Below, piece after piece: positions 1 through 13,349 of a stretch of 64,000 nucleotides of DNA. The DNA lies in contig NC_043001.1 of assembly GCF_006345805.1 (NCBI RefSeq), positions 23,560,001 to 23,624,000 on the forward strand, written 5' to 3'. Within the stretch, counting starts at the first letter, position 1. Every line of letters begins with the position of its first letter. This stretch comes from Octopus sinensis. Lineage: Eukaryota. Position numbers and translations under genes: made by a program. Below the pieces are notes generated by a model that did not search any database, was not told the origin of the DNA, and saw nothing but the letters and a program-made list of their open reading frames with translations.

Positions 1-5
1 ATATA

Positions 6-410
6 TAGGCATAGGAGTGGCTGTGTGGTAAGTAGCTTGTTTACCAACCACATGGTTCCAGGTTCAATCCCACTGAGTAACATTTTGGGCAAGTGTCTTC
101 TATTATAGCCTTGGGTCGACCAAAGCCTTGTGAGTAGATTTGGTAGACAGAAACTGAAAGAAGCCCGTCGTATATATGTATATATATATATATATATATG
201 TTTGTGTGTCTGTGTTTGTCCCCCCCAACATCGCTTGACAATTGATGCTGGTGTATTTACATCACTGTAACTTAGCGGTTCAGCAAAAGAGACCGATAGA
301 ATAAGTACTAGGCTTACAAAGAATAAGTCCTGGGGTCGATTTGTTCGACTAAAGGCGGTGCTCCAGCAAGGCCACAGTCAAATGACTAAAACAAGTAAAA
401 GAGTAAAGAG
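6..410 (+). mobile_element. SINE family A (tRNA-like head, internal (TA)n(TG)n, A-rich tail)
   Basis: Head ggc(g/a)taggagtggctgtgtggtaag...ggttcaatcccact, tail ...actaaaacaagtaaaagagtaaag. Other copies at about 1397-1838(-), 4433-4798, 5773-6158, 12541-12951, 31730-32480(-), 35491-35880(-), 41952-42372, 47893-48290, 54675-55070, 60510-60920(-), 63575-64000. Confidence 0.9.
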
Positions 411-1623
411 AATATATATGTGTGTGTGTGTGTATCTAAATGAGTTTTTGTATACTTTTGCCCTCCATTGGTTACGATGATGAGGGTCCCTTTCTGTTTG
501 TGAAATTGACATGCAAGTGACTGAGCACTCGACCGACACGGGTACCCTTAACGTAGCTCTCAGGGAGATTCATTGTGACACAGAATGCAACAAGGCTGGC
601 CCTTGAATTATGGGTACAACTCTTTGCCAGCTGAGTGAACTGGAGCAATGTGAAATAAACTGTCTTGTTCAAGGATACAACATGCCACCAGGACTTGAAC
701 TCACAGCCCTTTGTTTGTGAGTCAAATAACCCTAACCATCATGTGTCTGAGTTTTTCTATATGCTGAGACCCCCTACGGTCATGAATGACCATGGGATTG
801 CACCTAGAAAATTACCCTCCAAGGCACAATTCTGGGCAAGGTTGTTTATGGAAGACCAGCAATCACCCATGCATAACAGCCTCCCCTCTCCAAGGGAAAG
901 GCAAAGGCTGATACAGCTTGGCACCTGTGACGTCGCAACTCATTTCTACAGCTGAGTTAACTGGAGCAACATGAAATAAAGTGTCTTGCTCAAGAACACA
1001 ATATGTAGCCCGGTCCGGGATTCAAACTCACAACTTCGCGATCGTAAGCTTGACGCTCTAACCACTGAGCCATGCACCTTCACTACGTTTTTATATATAT
1101 GATTTATATATAGAGTGTTTTTATGTGTATGATTTAGAGTTTTTATATATGGCTGCTATGAATAAAAATGTTTTGAAAAATGAACTTTCTGAGAATTTGT
1201 ACAGTAGCAATGATATTGGAGGTTCTGCCACAAACACGAGGAGACACACTCTTATAAGGAATTTATCAAAGTATATATAAATGCTAAATCTTATAATAAT
1301 TCTGCTTGATCCTTCATTACTTGGCCTGTTTGTAACACTTTCATATGATCATCTGGAGGGGAAAGAGAAAGGGAGAGGTAGTGGTGAGAGAAATATACTC
1401 TTTACTCTTTTACTTGTTTCAGTCAGTTGACTGTGGCCATGCTGGAGCACCGCCTTTAGTCAAGCAAATCGACCCCAGGACTTATTTTTTGTAAGCCTAG
1501 TACTTATTCTATCGGTATCTTTTGCCAAACCGCTAAGTTACGGGGACGTAAACACACCAGCATCTGCGGTTAGCAATGTTGGCGGGTACAAACACAGACA
1601 CACAAATATATACACACACACAA

Positions 1624-1687
<64 letters not shown>

Positions 1688-2466
1688 GACAGGCTTCTTT
1701 CAGTTTCCGTCTACCAAATCCACTCACAAGGCTTTGGTTGGCCCGAGACTAGAGTAGAAGACACTTGTCCAAGGTGCCACGCAGTGGGACTGAACCCGGA
1801 ACCATGTGGTTTGTAAGCAAGCTACTTACCACTCAGCCTTTTTTTAACTAAGTTTTTTTTTTCCTCCATTACTTAGCTTGTCTGTAATGCTTTCCCATGA
1901 TTAGTTGAAGGGAAAGGCGAAGAGTGAGAGAAAAAGGGAGAGAAAGTAAATGGAGGGTAAGGTAGAGAGTGAGGGAGAAAAAGTGAGAGTGGTGTGTATT
2001 AAGTCTGTAAAATCGTGCATAAAATATATATATAAAGTGCATTAAGTAATCATTGTATTCCAATTTCCTTCACTTTTCAATGAGTAGCAGATGAGTGAAC
2101 ACAGGCTATGTTTTCAGATTTCTTAAGTAAAGTTTTCAGAAATGACCCATTAAGTTTATCATTAATTCTGTGAAATATTCACAAGTCCTGCTACGATTAT
2201 TTGTGTATTGGCATTCATTTCACCTGCCACAGAAATTATGAAGAGATAAAGGAAATAAAAGTTATGAAATAGTATAAAGAGTTATAACAAGCTAAAAAAA
2301 AGGGCAAGATTAAAATAAAGATGCCCCTTGTCATTAGGCTCTTTAATAGGAAAATATTTTCCTTTTTATTCAGGACACTTAACTTTACTTAAAGTGTGTT
2401 TTTAGTCTATTCATGACTAAGTTTTAACATTTTCATTTAATTATTTCTCTTGTTGGTGTCACACAG

Positions 2467-2637
2467 CGGTGGAAACAAGAGGAAGTTAAGTACAGCTGTG
2501 GCTCTGATTGGTGATCCCCCTGTTGTCTTATTGGATGAACCTACAACTGGTATGGATCCAGGAACCAGACGGAATCTATGGAATACTCTTATAAAAGTGA
2601 GGGATACTGGACGAACATTGATTTTGACATCACACAG
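2467..2637 (+). CDS. ABCA3-like: ABCA-subfamily transporter, penultimate coding exon (NBD2 signature, Walker B, H-loop)
   Basis: acacag|C acceptor and AG|gtaatt donor. Translates (S)[56 protein letters not shown](S), the ABCA NBD2 motif set. Phase 2 at both ends fits the next exon. Confidence 0.95.
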
Positions 2638-3651
2638 GTAATTACCAGCTCTTTTTCAAATAGCAAAAACATAAGACTGTTTGATTGACATTTTAAATTG
2701 CTGCTGCTTAATTAACTTGGCAGTCACCACTGGTAACCTCATCTGTAGTCTGTTTCACAATGCTATGATATTCTTTTAGATTCTCCTGTCTTTCTTTTCA
2801 TAATAGTCCTTCATATTATGAGGGTCTGGTGCTTTGCTGTGTTCAAGAAAACTCATCCACATAAAAAAACATTGATGTTGGGGGCCACATTAAAAGCATC
2901 TAGCAAACACTGTAAAGATGAGTCAGTAAATTGTTTATGCTTATTGTTTTATTTTTCAGTTTTTGTTTTCTCGTTTTTCTTGTTTTTGTTTTTTTCTGGT
3001 GCATACAGAAGACCAATGAGTGCATGTTTCAGAATTGTTCTAATTATTAGTTTATTCATTTCTGACCATTGACAGCGCATATGTCTGACACATGGCATGG
3101 GTAAACTTTTTGAGTGACAGGGGTTGCATAATAAATAATAAATGCACCCTTTTAAAGCCTAGCCAGGCTCATGGGCCCGGTTTCCTGGTTTCTATGGCAT
3201 ATGTGTTCCCCAGTTGGACAGGACACCAGTCCATCGCAGTGTTACTCATTTTTGCCAGCTGAGTGGACTGGAGCAACGTGAAATGAAGTGTTTTGCTCAA
3301 GAACACAATGCATCACCCGGTCCAGGAATCGAAACCACAATCTTACAATCATGGTGCTGACACCCTAACCACTAAGCCACGCGCCTCCACGACAGGGGTT
3401 GCATAGTAAGGAATGATAGGCTAATTTTTTGGATTTCTCTTTGGAAACCAAATATCTGATGAGGCTATGACTCTCAACTGGATTTGTTAAAAAGCACTCA
3501 CACATATCAGTGTGAATATTTAATTATAATATTAACACATGTACATTTGATAATACACAGAAATATCTCTTCTGTTTTTCTTTCTTAGAATGCTGTTGTG
3601 AACTATATATTTCTCAGTATATATTTTTGATATTTTTCTTTATTTGTCAAG

Positions 3652-4048
3652 CATGGATGAATGTGAAGCCCTCTGTACCAAGATAGCCATAATGGTGAAT
3701 GGTCAGTTCCGATGTTATGGAAGTATTCAACACCTTAAGAGCAAATTTGGAGAAGGATACACTCTCATTGCTAAAGTGAAACATCAAGATTCCAACGGAG
3801 AACCACCAAACTTGTACCCATTAATGAATTTTATTGAAAATTCTTTGCCAGGAAGTACATTGAATGACAAGCATGAAGGGCTTGTCTATTATCAAATTCC
3901 TAAAAATCCAGAGATTTCATGGTCTCAAATGTTTGGGACTTTGGAGCAGGCCAAATACATGTTTAATGTTGAAGCTTATTCTTTAGGTCAAACATCATTA
4001 GAGCAAGTATTTATAAACTTTGCTAGATTACAAGTAAAACCAAAATAA
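3652..4048 (+). CDS. ABCA3-like: ABCA-subfamily transporter, final coding exon (end of NBD2 plus C-terminal regulatory domain)
   Basis: tcaag|C acceptor. (S)MDECEALCTKIAIMVNGQFRCYGSIQHLKSKFGEGY...PGSTLNDKHEGLVYY...QTSLEQVFINFARLQVKPK*. The KSKFGxGY, PGSxLxDxHxGxVxY and FAxLQ patterns recall ABCA3; exact orthology untested. Confidence 0.93.
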
Positions 4049-4064
4049 CTAAGACATTGATTTA

Positions 4065-4070
4065 AATAAA
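4065..4070 (+). promoter_or_regulatory. candidate polyadenylation signal of the ABCA gene
   Basis: AATAAA 17 nt after the stop codon, with GT-rich sequence further downstream. Common by chance in AT-rich DNA. Confidence 0.35.
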
Positions 4071-4559
4071 TATTCCACAAACATTCAAAACATATAGTTA
4101 AATATCACATGTATACTTGCAGTTGCTCTTTCAGTGGTTTGTGAGATTTGTAAATAGTAAAACCGGTGAGAGATACATATGTATATATAAGTATGTGTGT
4201 TTGTTTGTTTGTATGTGTGTGTGCTTGAATGAATATACATGTATAGTTAAAGAAAAGAGACATATAATTATTTTACAGTAATGTGTTTTGAATTAAATGC
4301 AAAGAAGCTCATTTGAAGTTATAATGCCCTTTTGCTCTAGAACTTAATTACTCTATTGTATCAGTCATTGATTTAATAGTTTCTATTATAAAGAAATTGT
4401 GACTAACAAAATTTTTCAAATGAATTTTTGTATAGGCACAGGTGTGGCTGTGTAATAAGTTTGCTTTCCCACCACTTGGGCAAGTGTCTTCTACTATAGC
4501 TGTGGGCTGATCAGAGCATTGTGAGTGGATTTGATAGACAAAAACTGAAAGAAGCCTGT

Positions 4560-4592
<33 letters not shown>

Positions 4593-5608
4593 CTGTTTGT
4601 CCCCCACCACCACTTGACAACCAGTGTTGGTGTGTTTACATCCCGTAACTTAGTAGGTTGGCAAAAGAGACCAAAAGAATAAGTACCAAGCTTAAAGAAC
4701 AAATAAATACTGGGATCGATTGATTTGACTAAAAAACTCATCAATGCAGTACTCCAGCATGGCCACAGTCTAATCACTGAAATAAGTAAACCGTAAAAGA
4801 TTTACATTAATTTTACGTATGATTCCTCCTCGTCAGTAATAATAATAACATCCTTAAACAACACTTATTCAGGGACCTTTTGAGTGGGATGGGCTTCTCA
4901 ACCTGAAAAAAATTCTAACTGGGCCCCAACTGCAAGGTCATGTTTGATTCATCTTGATATGAGATCACCATGTCACGCACATATGGTTGTGATGCATGGA
5001 CCTGGTGTACCCTTATCAGGCGGGTAGTCATGATGGGTATACAGGGTTTCATATATTTTACCCCAGTGTCATTTTGATGGCATGCACTGCTCTCTCACTC
5101 AATAATAATAATAATAATAATAATTATAATTATAATAATGATTTTTTAATTTTTTATTTTGATTTGTTTTTATTTTAATAATAGTAACTAAATTTCTTAC
5201 AGTATTCAGGTTCACCACTTTATTCTGATCTCAAATTCCATCCAGGGATACCATTCTCTTTCAACCCTCTAAAGTTTGTAAAATAGGTACTAGTAATATA
5301 CTGTAGATGCTCCGATTGAATATACCTGTATCCTATATTTTTTAGTAGAAAAAAGAATCATCTCTTGGAATCGGTGAAATATACATCAACTTTTTTACTG
5401 TATCAATTCAGTCAATATACTCCTTAGATACATTTCTACCCTTAGAGACCATTTTGTAATGAAGCAAACAAGATTATTGGTAGTATTTCTGAATTCAATT
5501 CCAGCTTGGTGTCAACGTTTCTTTTCACACTTACTAGAATAGATAAAATAAGCGCCATTCAAATACTGAAATAAGTGTCATCATAGATAGAAACACAAAC
5601 ACACACAC

Positions 5609-5653
<45 letters not shown>

Positions 5654-6414
5654 AGAGGAATGAGGAATGTATGTAACACAATTTTTAATCCTCGGATTTT
5701 ATAAATATTCTAACCACCGGTTTTAATTGATTAATATCAATTTCTAACCTTATTATTTAATTTTATATATGTATAGGCGCAGGAGTGGCTGTGTGGTAAG
5801 TAGCTTGCTAACCAACCACATGGTTCCGGGTTCAGTCCCACTGCGTGGCATCTTGGGCAAGTGTCTTCTGCTATAGCCCCGGGCTGACCAATGCCTTGTG
5901 AGTGGATTTGGTAGACGGAAACTGAAAGAAGCCCATCATATATATGTATGTGTGTCTATGTTTGTCCCCCCCAACATTGCTTGACAATCGATGCTGGTGT
6001 GTTTACGTCCCCGTAACTTAGTGGTTTGGCAAAAGAAACCAAAAGAATGAGTACTAGGCTTACAAAGAATAAGTCTTGGGGTTGATTTACTCAACTAAAG
6101 GAAGTGCTCCAGCATGGCCACAGTCAAATGACTGAAACAAGTAAAAGAGTAAAAGAATAGTTTTTAAGGATCCCTAGATAACTGGCACTTGACAATGAGG
6201 GTTCCAGTTGATCTGATCAATGGAATAGCCTGCTTGTGAAATTAACACACAAGTGGTCGAGCACTCCAGATACGCCTACCCTTAGTGTGACACAGAATGT
6301 GACAAAGCTGGGCCTTTGAATTACAGGTACTACTCATTTTTCTCAACTAAGCAATTAAAAATGTTGATTTCAAATTTTGGCACAAGGCCAGAAATTAGGT
6401 GGTGGCTGTAGCAG

Positions 6415-6604
6415 GATGTCTGGACCTTGGGTCATCTTTAAGACTCACCCTACCCCTCTTGAATTCAGTTTCCCACTTTTGTACAGTTGATAAAGCTGGA
6501 GCATCATCCCTTTATGTAGAAACCATGTCAGCATGAATGTCTTTGGGGACTAACCCCTTTTTCTACAGGTATTTGATAACACCCCAATACCAAATTTTAT
6601 CCAT
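6415..6604 (-). mobile_element. degenerate mariner transposase N-terminal fragment
   Basis: Minus strand reads MDKIWYWGVIKYL*KKGLVPKDIHADMVST*RDDAPALSTVQKWETEFKRGRVSLKDDPRSR, a typical mariner HTH region. Confidence 0.75.
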
Positions 6605-7259
6605 TTTCACAAATGTTTCTAGTACCACTTTTCCAAGTCCTCAATTCTGTATCCAATATAGGCTTATCTGGAAAGAAAAAAATACAGTTAGCATCAGTAA
6701 AGGTTGAATTTAATGCATGCTAAGTTTAATTACTGTATAACTCCTTAGTCAGCCTATGAACTTTTCAGCCCACCTTTGTATGAAATTTCAGATATAGAAT
6801 AGTAATATGAGTGCTATGGTATTAGGATTGCTTTAACTTTCATACATTCAAAAGTAAAAGCATTGTAAGTGTATTTGTTTCTTCAAGGAACCAAAACAAA
6901 TCATAAACCTGGGTTTGCCATAATTATATTTCCTATTCTATGACACAAGGTACAAATTATAAATTCATTTCAAGTCTTTCTCTTAATTTACTACATTAAT
7001 TTCTAATCTTAAAATATGAGACTCACCTGTATTGTGATACTTCACTGGAAGTATATAACAGTCGTGTATGATATTTCATTATCATTTATTATTGTTGTTG
7101 GTTTTTGTTGTCCCCCACCACCACCTTTTTTGTTCTCAAATTCTGCTGAAGTCAACTTTGCCTTTCATCCTTTCAAGGTCAACAAAATAAGTACCAGTAG
7201 AGCACTGGGGTCGATGTATTCAACTATCCAACTCCCCATAAAACTTCAGGCCTTGTGCC

Positions 7260-7300
<41 letters not shown>

Positions 7301-8397
7301 GGTTCATCAAACTTTCAATAGTTTCACATAATAACATTTATGATGATTTTGACTCAACTGCAATTCTTAAGTTAAAAAATAAAGACAAATGAAACTAAAC
7401 GGAGAATTCTAAATCCCAAATGGCCAAGTGGTTAAGGTGATCACTTAAAAAGACCTTGATAGCAGATTCAATATATTGCATGACACCTTAGGATAGAAGG
7501 TGCCTTTCTGTCATAACCTTAAGTTGACTAATCAGCTGCGACTGAAATTTAGGAGACAAAAACTGTGTGGAAGCCTGCCGTATGTATGTAGATATTGTAC
7601 GCGTATGCATGTGTGTGTATATACATATATCTATAGATATATGGTGGACCCTCCTGTTGTAAATGACAGATGAGGTTTCCACAAATTCTTGCTGAACAAT
7701 CTCCACAGATGGTTTGTTTATAATGATCAAATGTTTGTGCCGTACATTACGCTCACCCAGCTCCCTCAGATCAACATTGCCTGTACAGGTGCACAGTGTG
7801 CCATATGTCATATGTGGATGTGATTGCAGAGCAATGTGAGACAGGGTATTTTTCTCAAGAACTCAATGCACCGTTTGGTGCCAGTTTGGGATTCAAAACC
7901 ACAATCTTTCAATGCAATCACGAGTGCAATTACCCTCCAGCTAAGCCACATGCCTCACCATGTGTTTGTGTGTGTGTGTATTTGTGTGTTTGTGTGTGTG
8001 TCTGAAAGAGAGTGAGAAAGAGTATGTGTGTCTTTCAATGGTGTACATAGGAAAGGATATAAGTCTCTGTGAGAAACCAAAAATTCATGATATTTCCTTC
8101 TAATCCTTGCCACCAGAAATGCCTGGTACCAGATATTGTCCTGTTAAAAACACATGTGACACTAACGTTCACCATTACAACATAAAACGAATGAATGAAT
8201 AAATAAATAAATACCACTGAAAGAAAATTAAATGAATCTTAACTCTGCCATATATTTTAATCAGTATTTACTACTTGTCAGTAATGTTCATTAAATGATG
8301 TTTTATTCATTTTTTTCTAAATGTATTATTTTTGATGCTGTATTGTTATAATAAAGAAATTGTTATTGTTGTTCTTGTTCTGCTTGTTTGTATCTAT

Positions 8398-8936
8398 AGA
8401 AGACTCGGCAAGCTCAAGTGAGACCATAACCTTGTGGCCTATGGCAGGAGTGTAACCAGCCCAGCCCACTTATGCGTACCTTTCCTTCATTGGACACTAA
8501 ACTCTGCTTGCGAAGACCTGTTGAGTCAAGTGAAATCGAAATCAAATTCGATGACTGGCATCTGTGCTAGTGGAGCACTAAGAGTACCATACGAGCGTGA
8601 TCGTTGCCAGAGCAACAAGCTGGCCTCCGTGCCGGTGGCAAGTAAAAAACACCATTTGAGTGTGATCGTTACCTGCGTCGCCTTACTGGCACTTGTGCTG
8701 GTGGCATGTGAAAAAACATCTGAGTGAGGTCGTTGCCAGTGCAGCCTGACTGGCACGTAAAAGCACCCACAACACTCTCGGAGTGATTGGCATTAGGAAG
8801 AGCATCCAGCTGTAGAAACTCTGCCAGATCAGATTGGAGTCTGGTGCAGCCATCTGGTTTGCCATACCTCAGTCAAATCGTTCAACCCATGCTAGCATGG
8901 AAAGCGGACGTTAAACGATGATGATGATGATGATGA
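8398..8936 (+). mobile_element. RTE-X 3' fragment (ORF end plus 3'UTR and (GAT)n tail)
   Basis: Starts at gaagactcggcaag (as the ORF end at 58330) and ends ccatgctagcatggaaagcggacgttaaac(gat)n. Confidence 0.8.
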
Positions 8937-9432
8937 GAATGAGAGGAGCCAATTAAACATTTAGGATGAAAACAAAATCCATCAAGCCTAATCGTCATCA
9001 TTATCCTTTAACGTCCGTTTTTTCATGCTGGCATGGGTTGGACAATTTGACAGTATCTGGTAAGCCATTGAGCAGTATTGTGTTCCATGTCAGCATTGGC
9101 ATGGTTTCTATGGCTGGATGCCTTTCCTTGTGCCGGCAACTTTACAGTGTGTACTGGGTGTTTTTTGGTTTTTTTATGCCACCAACACTAGTTGAATTGT
9201 CAAGTAACTTGCAAAATAAGAAAGAACATAAAAAAAGGTAAAGGGACAAGTCCTCTCAACTAAGTAGGGGAGTATACAAAATGTATTCAGGGAATTCTTC
9301 AGTGTGCAGGTATGATCTCTGAATATTTAAGACTAAAAATATGCACTTCGTTTTTGGATTTGGTTTGCAAGATTATGAGTTGTGTGTTGAAGCATATTCT
9401 GTTGTGTCTGGGGAGAGTAATTTTCTTTTTGT

Positions 9433-9581
9433 ATAATTTAACACACTCACCAGTCAAATTTCCACTTATTTCTTATTTTTATTTTCTTAAAATTTTCGTT
9501 GCGTTTTGCAACCTTTTCAATAGTCAGGAAAATAGAAACAAGAAATAAGTGGAAATTTTACCGGTGAGTGTGTTAAATTAT
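9433..9581. repeat. inverted repeat element (42-bp arms, 65-bp spacer)
   Basis: 9433-9474 and 9540-9581 are reverse complements with 2 mismatches. A related copy at about 42500-43020 is split by a Helitron. Confidence 0.75.
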
Positions 9582-10499
9582 AAGGCATAAAAATATGTAA
9601 TCCCTTCTGTAAAGTGTTTCTTGTGGGGAATTTAAGCTATTACATCAAGCAAATTGAATGCCTTAGGGAAGCTCCCTAGATAGCAGTGGTGGATTAACGA
9701 TTCAGTAAAATAAGGACATGCTAGGGCATCAAAAGAAAGGATGCAGCAATTAAATGGAAATGGTTTAATGCACAAAAGAAATCAATTTAAACTTGCCAAA
9801 ATAATATTAAAGGTATTTATATAGGCACAGGCATGGCTATGTGGTAAGAAGCTTGCTTACCAACCACATAGTTCCAGGTTCAGTCCCACTGCATGGCACC
9901 TTGGGCAAGTGTCTTCTACTATAACCTCAGGCCAACCAAAGCCTTCTGCGTGGATTTGGTAGATGGAAACTGAAAGAAGCCCATCATATCTATGTTATAC
10001 TAAAACTCAAAGTTTGTCTGCTTTCCTGCCATTCAATTAAGATGGTAAAGACTACAAATAGAATAGTAATTTCCTACTTTAAGAAAAAAAAATCAAGTTG
10101 AAAATGTCAAAGCTTCAAAGAGTTGGAGCTACTGTTATCCATCCTCTTTTTCTTACTTTTTCTTCCCTTAACTCTTTCGTTACTATATTTCTGACCAAAA
10201 AACACCCCTTATGAGTTTCAATTAAATTCTAAAATAATCATGAATTTAGACTAGTTTCATTAAACAACTATAACTTTTTTACTTACCAACATATTAATGT
10301 GATATTTGGAACATAATTGAAGAAAGGGTTCTTAATCATTTATACAACATTTGAGTGCCGTGGACTGAAAGGGAAATTCTTCCTATATTTTTATGAGATA
10401 TTTTTTAAATGATGGGTACTTGATTTTTTAAACTTTTTTTCTTAAAAGGGAAGATCACAATTTTACTAAAAAATAAAATATTAATCTTTGTCATCTTAA

Positions 10500-10870
10500 T
10501 GAAAAGGCAGAAAAACAGAAAGATTATCTCTTTATAGACGAAGATCATTTGCAATGGGAGGAGTTGAATCTCATAAGATTGGAAAAACAAACAACAACAA
10601 ATGGGTTGTACCTTATAATGAAACTCTTTTAAGAGCATCCAAATGTCACTGCAACACTGAAATCGTTGCCTCAGTGAGGTAAATTAAGTACATCAAGTAC
10701 AAGTTGAAAGGAAATGACCAAGCTGCTGTTATATATATAATGAAATTAGTCAATATCTAATGGGCAGATATATTGTACCATCCAAAGCAGCTACAATTTT
10801 CAATCCATGAAAGAGCATCTAAAATAGTGAAACTGCAAGTTCATCTACCAGATGAACAAAGAATATTGCT
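10500..10870 (+). mobile_element. fossil Helitron Rep fragment
   Basis: Broken frames read ...NKWVVPYNETLLRASKCHCNTEIVASV..IKYIKYKLKGNDQA...EISQYLMGRYI...HERASKIVKLQVHLPDEQRI, matching Helitron Rep WVVPYN / YxxKGxD / RYI / HER..VHL motifs. Confidence 0.8.
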
Positions 10871-10904
10871 CAGATATATATATGGCAGCGAGCAATAAGG
10901 CAGT

Positions 10905-11998
10905 GAGCTGGCAGATACGTTAGCGCACCACGTGAAATGCTTAGCGGTATTTCGTCTGACTTTGCATTCTGAGTTCAAATTCCACCGAGGTTGACTTTGC
11001 CGTTCATCCTTTCGGGGTCATTAAATTAAGTACCAGTTACGCACTGGGGTTGATGTAATCGACTTAATCCCTTTGTCTGTCCTTGTTTGTCCCTCTCTAT
11101 GTTTAGCCCTTTATGGGCAATAAAGAAAGAAGAATTGTTAGTATGCCGGGCGAAATGCTTAGCAGTATTTCGTCTGCTGTTACGTTCTGAGTTCAAATTC
11201 TGCCACGGTCGATTTAGCCTTTCATCCTTTCGGGGTCGATAAATGAGTACCAGTTACGCACTGGGGTCGATGTAATCGACTTAATCCCTTTGTCTGTCCT
11301 TGTTTGTCCCTCTCTATGTTTAGCCCTTTATGGGCAATAAAGAAAGAAGAATTGTTAGTATGCCGGGCGAAATGCTTAGCAGTATTTCGTCTGCTGTTAC
11401 GTTCTGAGTTCAATTCTGCCACGGTCGATTTAGCCTTTCATCCTTTCGGGGTCGATAAATTGAGTACCAGTTACGCACTGGGGTCGATGTAATCGACTTA
11501 ATCCCTTTGTCTGTCCTTGTTTGTCCCTCTCTATGTTTAGCCCTTTATGGGCAATAAAGAAAGAAGAATTGTTAGTATGCCGGGCGAAATGCTTAGCAGT
11601 ATTTCGTCTGCTGTTACGTTCTGAGTTCAAATTCTGCCACGGTCGATTTAGCCTTTCATCCTTTCGGGGTCGATAAATTGAGTACCAGTTACGCACTGGG
11701 GTCGATGTAATCGACTTAATCCCTTTGTCTGTCCTTGTTTGTCCCTCTCTATGTTTAGCCCTTTATGGGCAATAAAGAAAGAAGAATTGTTAGTATGCCG
11801 GGCGAAATGCTTAGCAGTATTTCGTCTGCTGTTACGTTCTGAGTTCAAATTCTGCCACGGTCGATTTAGCCTTTCATCCTTTCGGGGTCGATAAATTGAG
11901 TACCAGTTACGCACTGGGGTCGATGTAATTGACTTAATCCCTTTGTCTGTCCTTGTTTGTCCCCTCTATGTTTAGCCCCTTGTGGGCAATAAAGAAAT
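10905..11998 (+). repeat. SINE family B: one full copy plus four near-identical tandem 217-218 bp units
   Basis: The gggcaataaagaaa register recurs at 11115, 11332, 11549, 11767 and 11984. Units differ by about 1-2 nt, the last being more variable at its 3' end. Confidence 0.95.
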
Positions 11999-12540
11999 AT
12001 ATATGGATGCCAATGAATGGCATATGAGAACAAGATTGACAGAATTCTTTCCATTGCGCATCAATGGTGACTTTGCAAAAACATTACTTTATGCTTGGAA
12101 TGGTAGTAACAAAGAATGGGAAAGAGCACACAATAATTTCATTATTATAAGAAAGCAAGGAAAAAAATGTTGAAGGCCATTTGAAGAAGAAACACTTGGT
12201 CATGTCTATATTCTTTTCTACTCTAGGCACAAGGCCTGAAATTTGGGGGAAGGGGGCCTGTAAATTAGATCGACCCCAGTATGCAACTGATACTTAATTT
12301 ATCAACCCCAAAAGGATGAAAGACAAAGTCAACCTTGGCAGAATTTGAATACAGAATATAAAGACAGATGAAATACTGCTAACCATTTTGCCCAGTGTGC
12401 TAACCTTTCTTATTTCTTTATTGCCCTCAAGGGGCTAAACATAGAGGGGACAAACAAGGACAAATGGATTAAGTCGATTACATTGACCCCAGTGCGTAAC
12501 TGGTACTTATTTAATTGACCCTGAAAGGATGAAAGGCTAT

Positions 12541-12951
12541 ATAGGCGCAGGAGTGGCAGTGTGGTAAGTAGCTTGTTGACCAACCACATGGTTCCGGGTT
12601 CAGTCCCACTGCATGGCACCTTGGGCAAGTGTCTTCTGCTATAGCCTCAGGCCGACCAAAGCCTTGTGAGTGGATTTAGTAGATGGAAACTGAAAAGAAG
12701 CCCATCGTATATATTCGTATATATGTATATATATATATATATATGCGTGTGTGTGTTTGTCCCCCTAGCATTGCTTGACAACCGATGCTGGTGTGTTTAT
12801 GTCCCCGTTACTTAGCAGTTCGGCAAAAGAGACCGATAGAATAAGTACTGGGCTTACAAAAGAATAAGTCCTGGGGTCGAGTTGCTCGATTAAAGGCGGT
12901 GCTCCAGCATGGCCGCAGTCAAGTGACTGAAACAAGTAAAAGGGTAAAGAG
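12541..12951 (+). mobile_element. SINE family A, full-length copy
   Basis: Colinear with 6-410, including the internal microsatellite. Confidence 0.88.
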
Positions 12952-13046
12952 TATTTTTTCCTTTTCCCCCACACATCAACATTTTCAGCTTGGAGTGGTT
13001 GTGACCCAACAAGTCATGGTGAGTACATCTAGTGTGTATATATATA

Positions 13047-13259
13047 TATTTTATATAATAGGGTTCAGCAAAAAAATTGCTTTACCACACACCAAACTTT
13101 TAGAAATAGCAGCCAAAGAATTTAGCTATTTCCTTTACTTTAAGAAGTCTGGGAGACTCTTCTTAAAGTAGAGGAAATAGCTAAATTCTTTGACTGCTAT
13201 TTCTAAAAGTTTGGTGTGTGGTAAAGCAATTTTTTTGCTGAACCTTATTATATAAAATA
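13047..13259. repeat. 213-bp near-perfect palindrome (hairpin MITE-like)
   Basis: Arms of about 105 bp (tattttatataatagggttcagcaaaaaaattgc... versus its reverse complement) with a few mismatches, loop at ggg near 13150. Confidence 0.9.
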
Positions 13260-13349
13260 ATGTTTAAATTTACCGTTAAATGGTCCCTTTACATACTGAA
13301 CACAGCTTGGTAGAATTATTAATTACTAATTAATTAATTAATTTTCCCA

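Noticed and set aside
1149-1280. 44-codon frame ending HTLIRNLSKY, resembling the ABCA pre-NBD2 L.IK.L.K.Y motif
   Set aside because: The Walker A and Q-loop exons that must lie between this motif and the 2467 exon are absent from 1280-2466, so this is probably chance similarity.
10905-11998. Regular tandem array superficially like a CRISPR locus
   Set aside because: Units are whole 217-218 bp SINE bodies with no unique spacers, and there are no cas genes; the context is eukaryotic.
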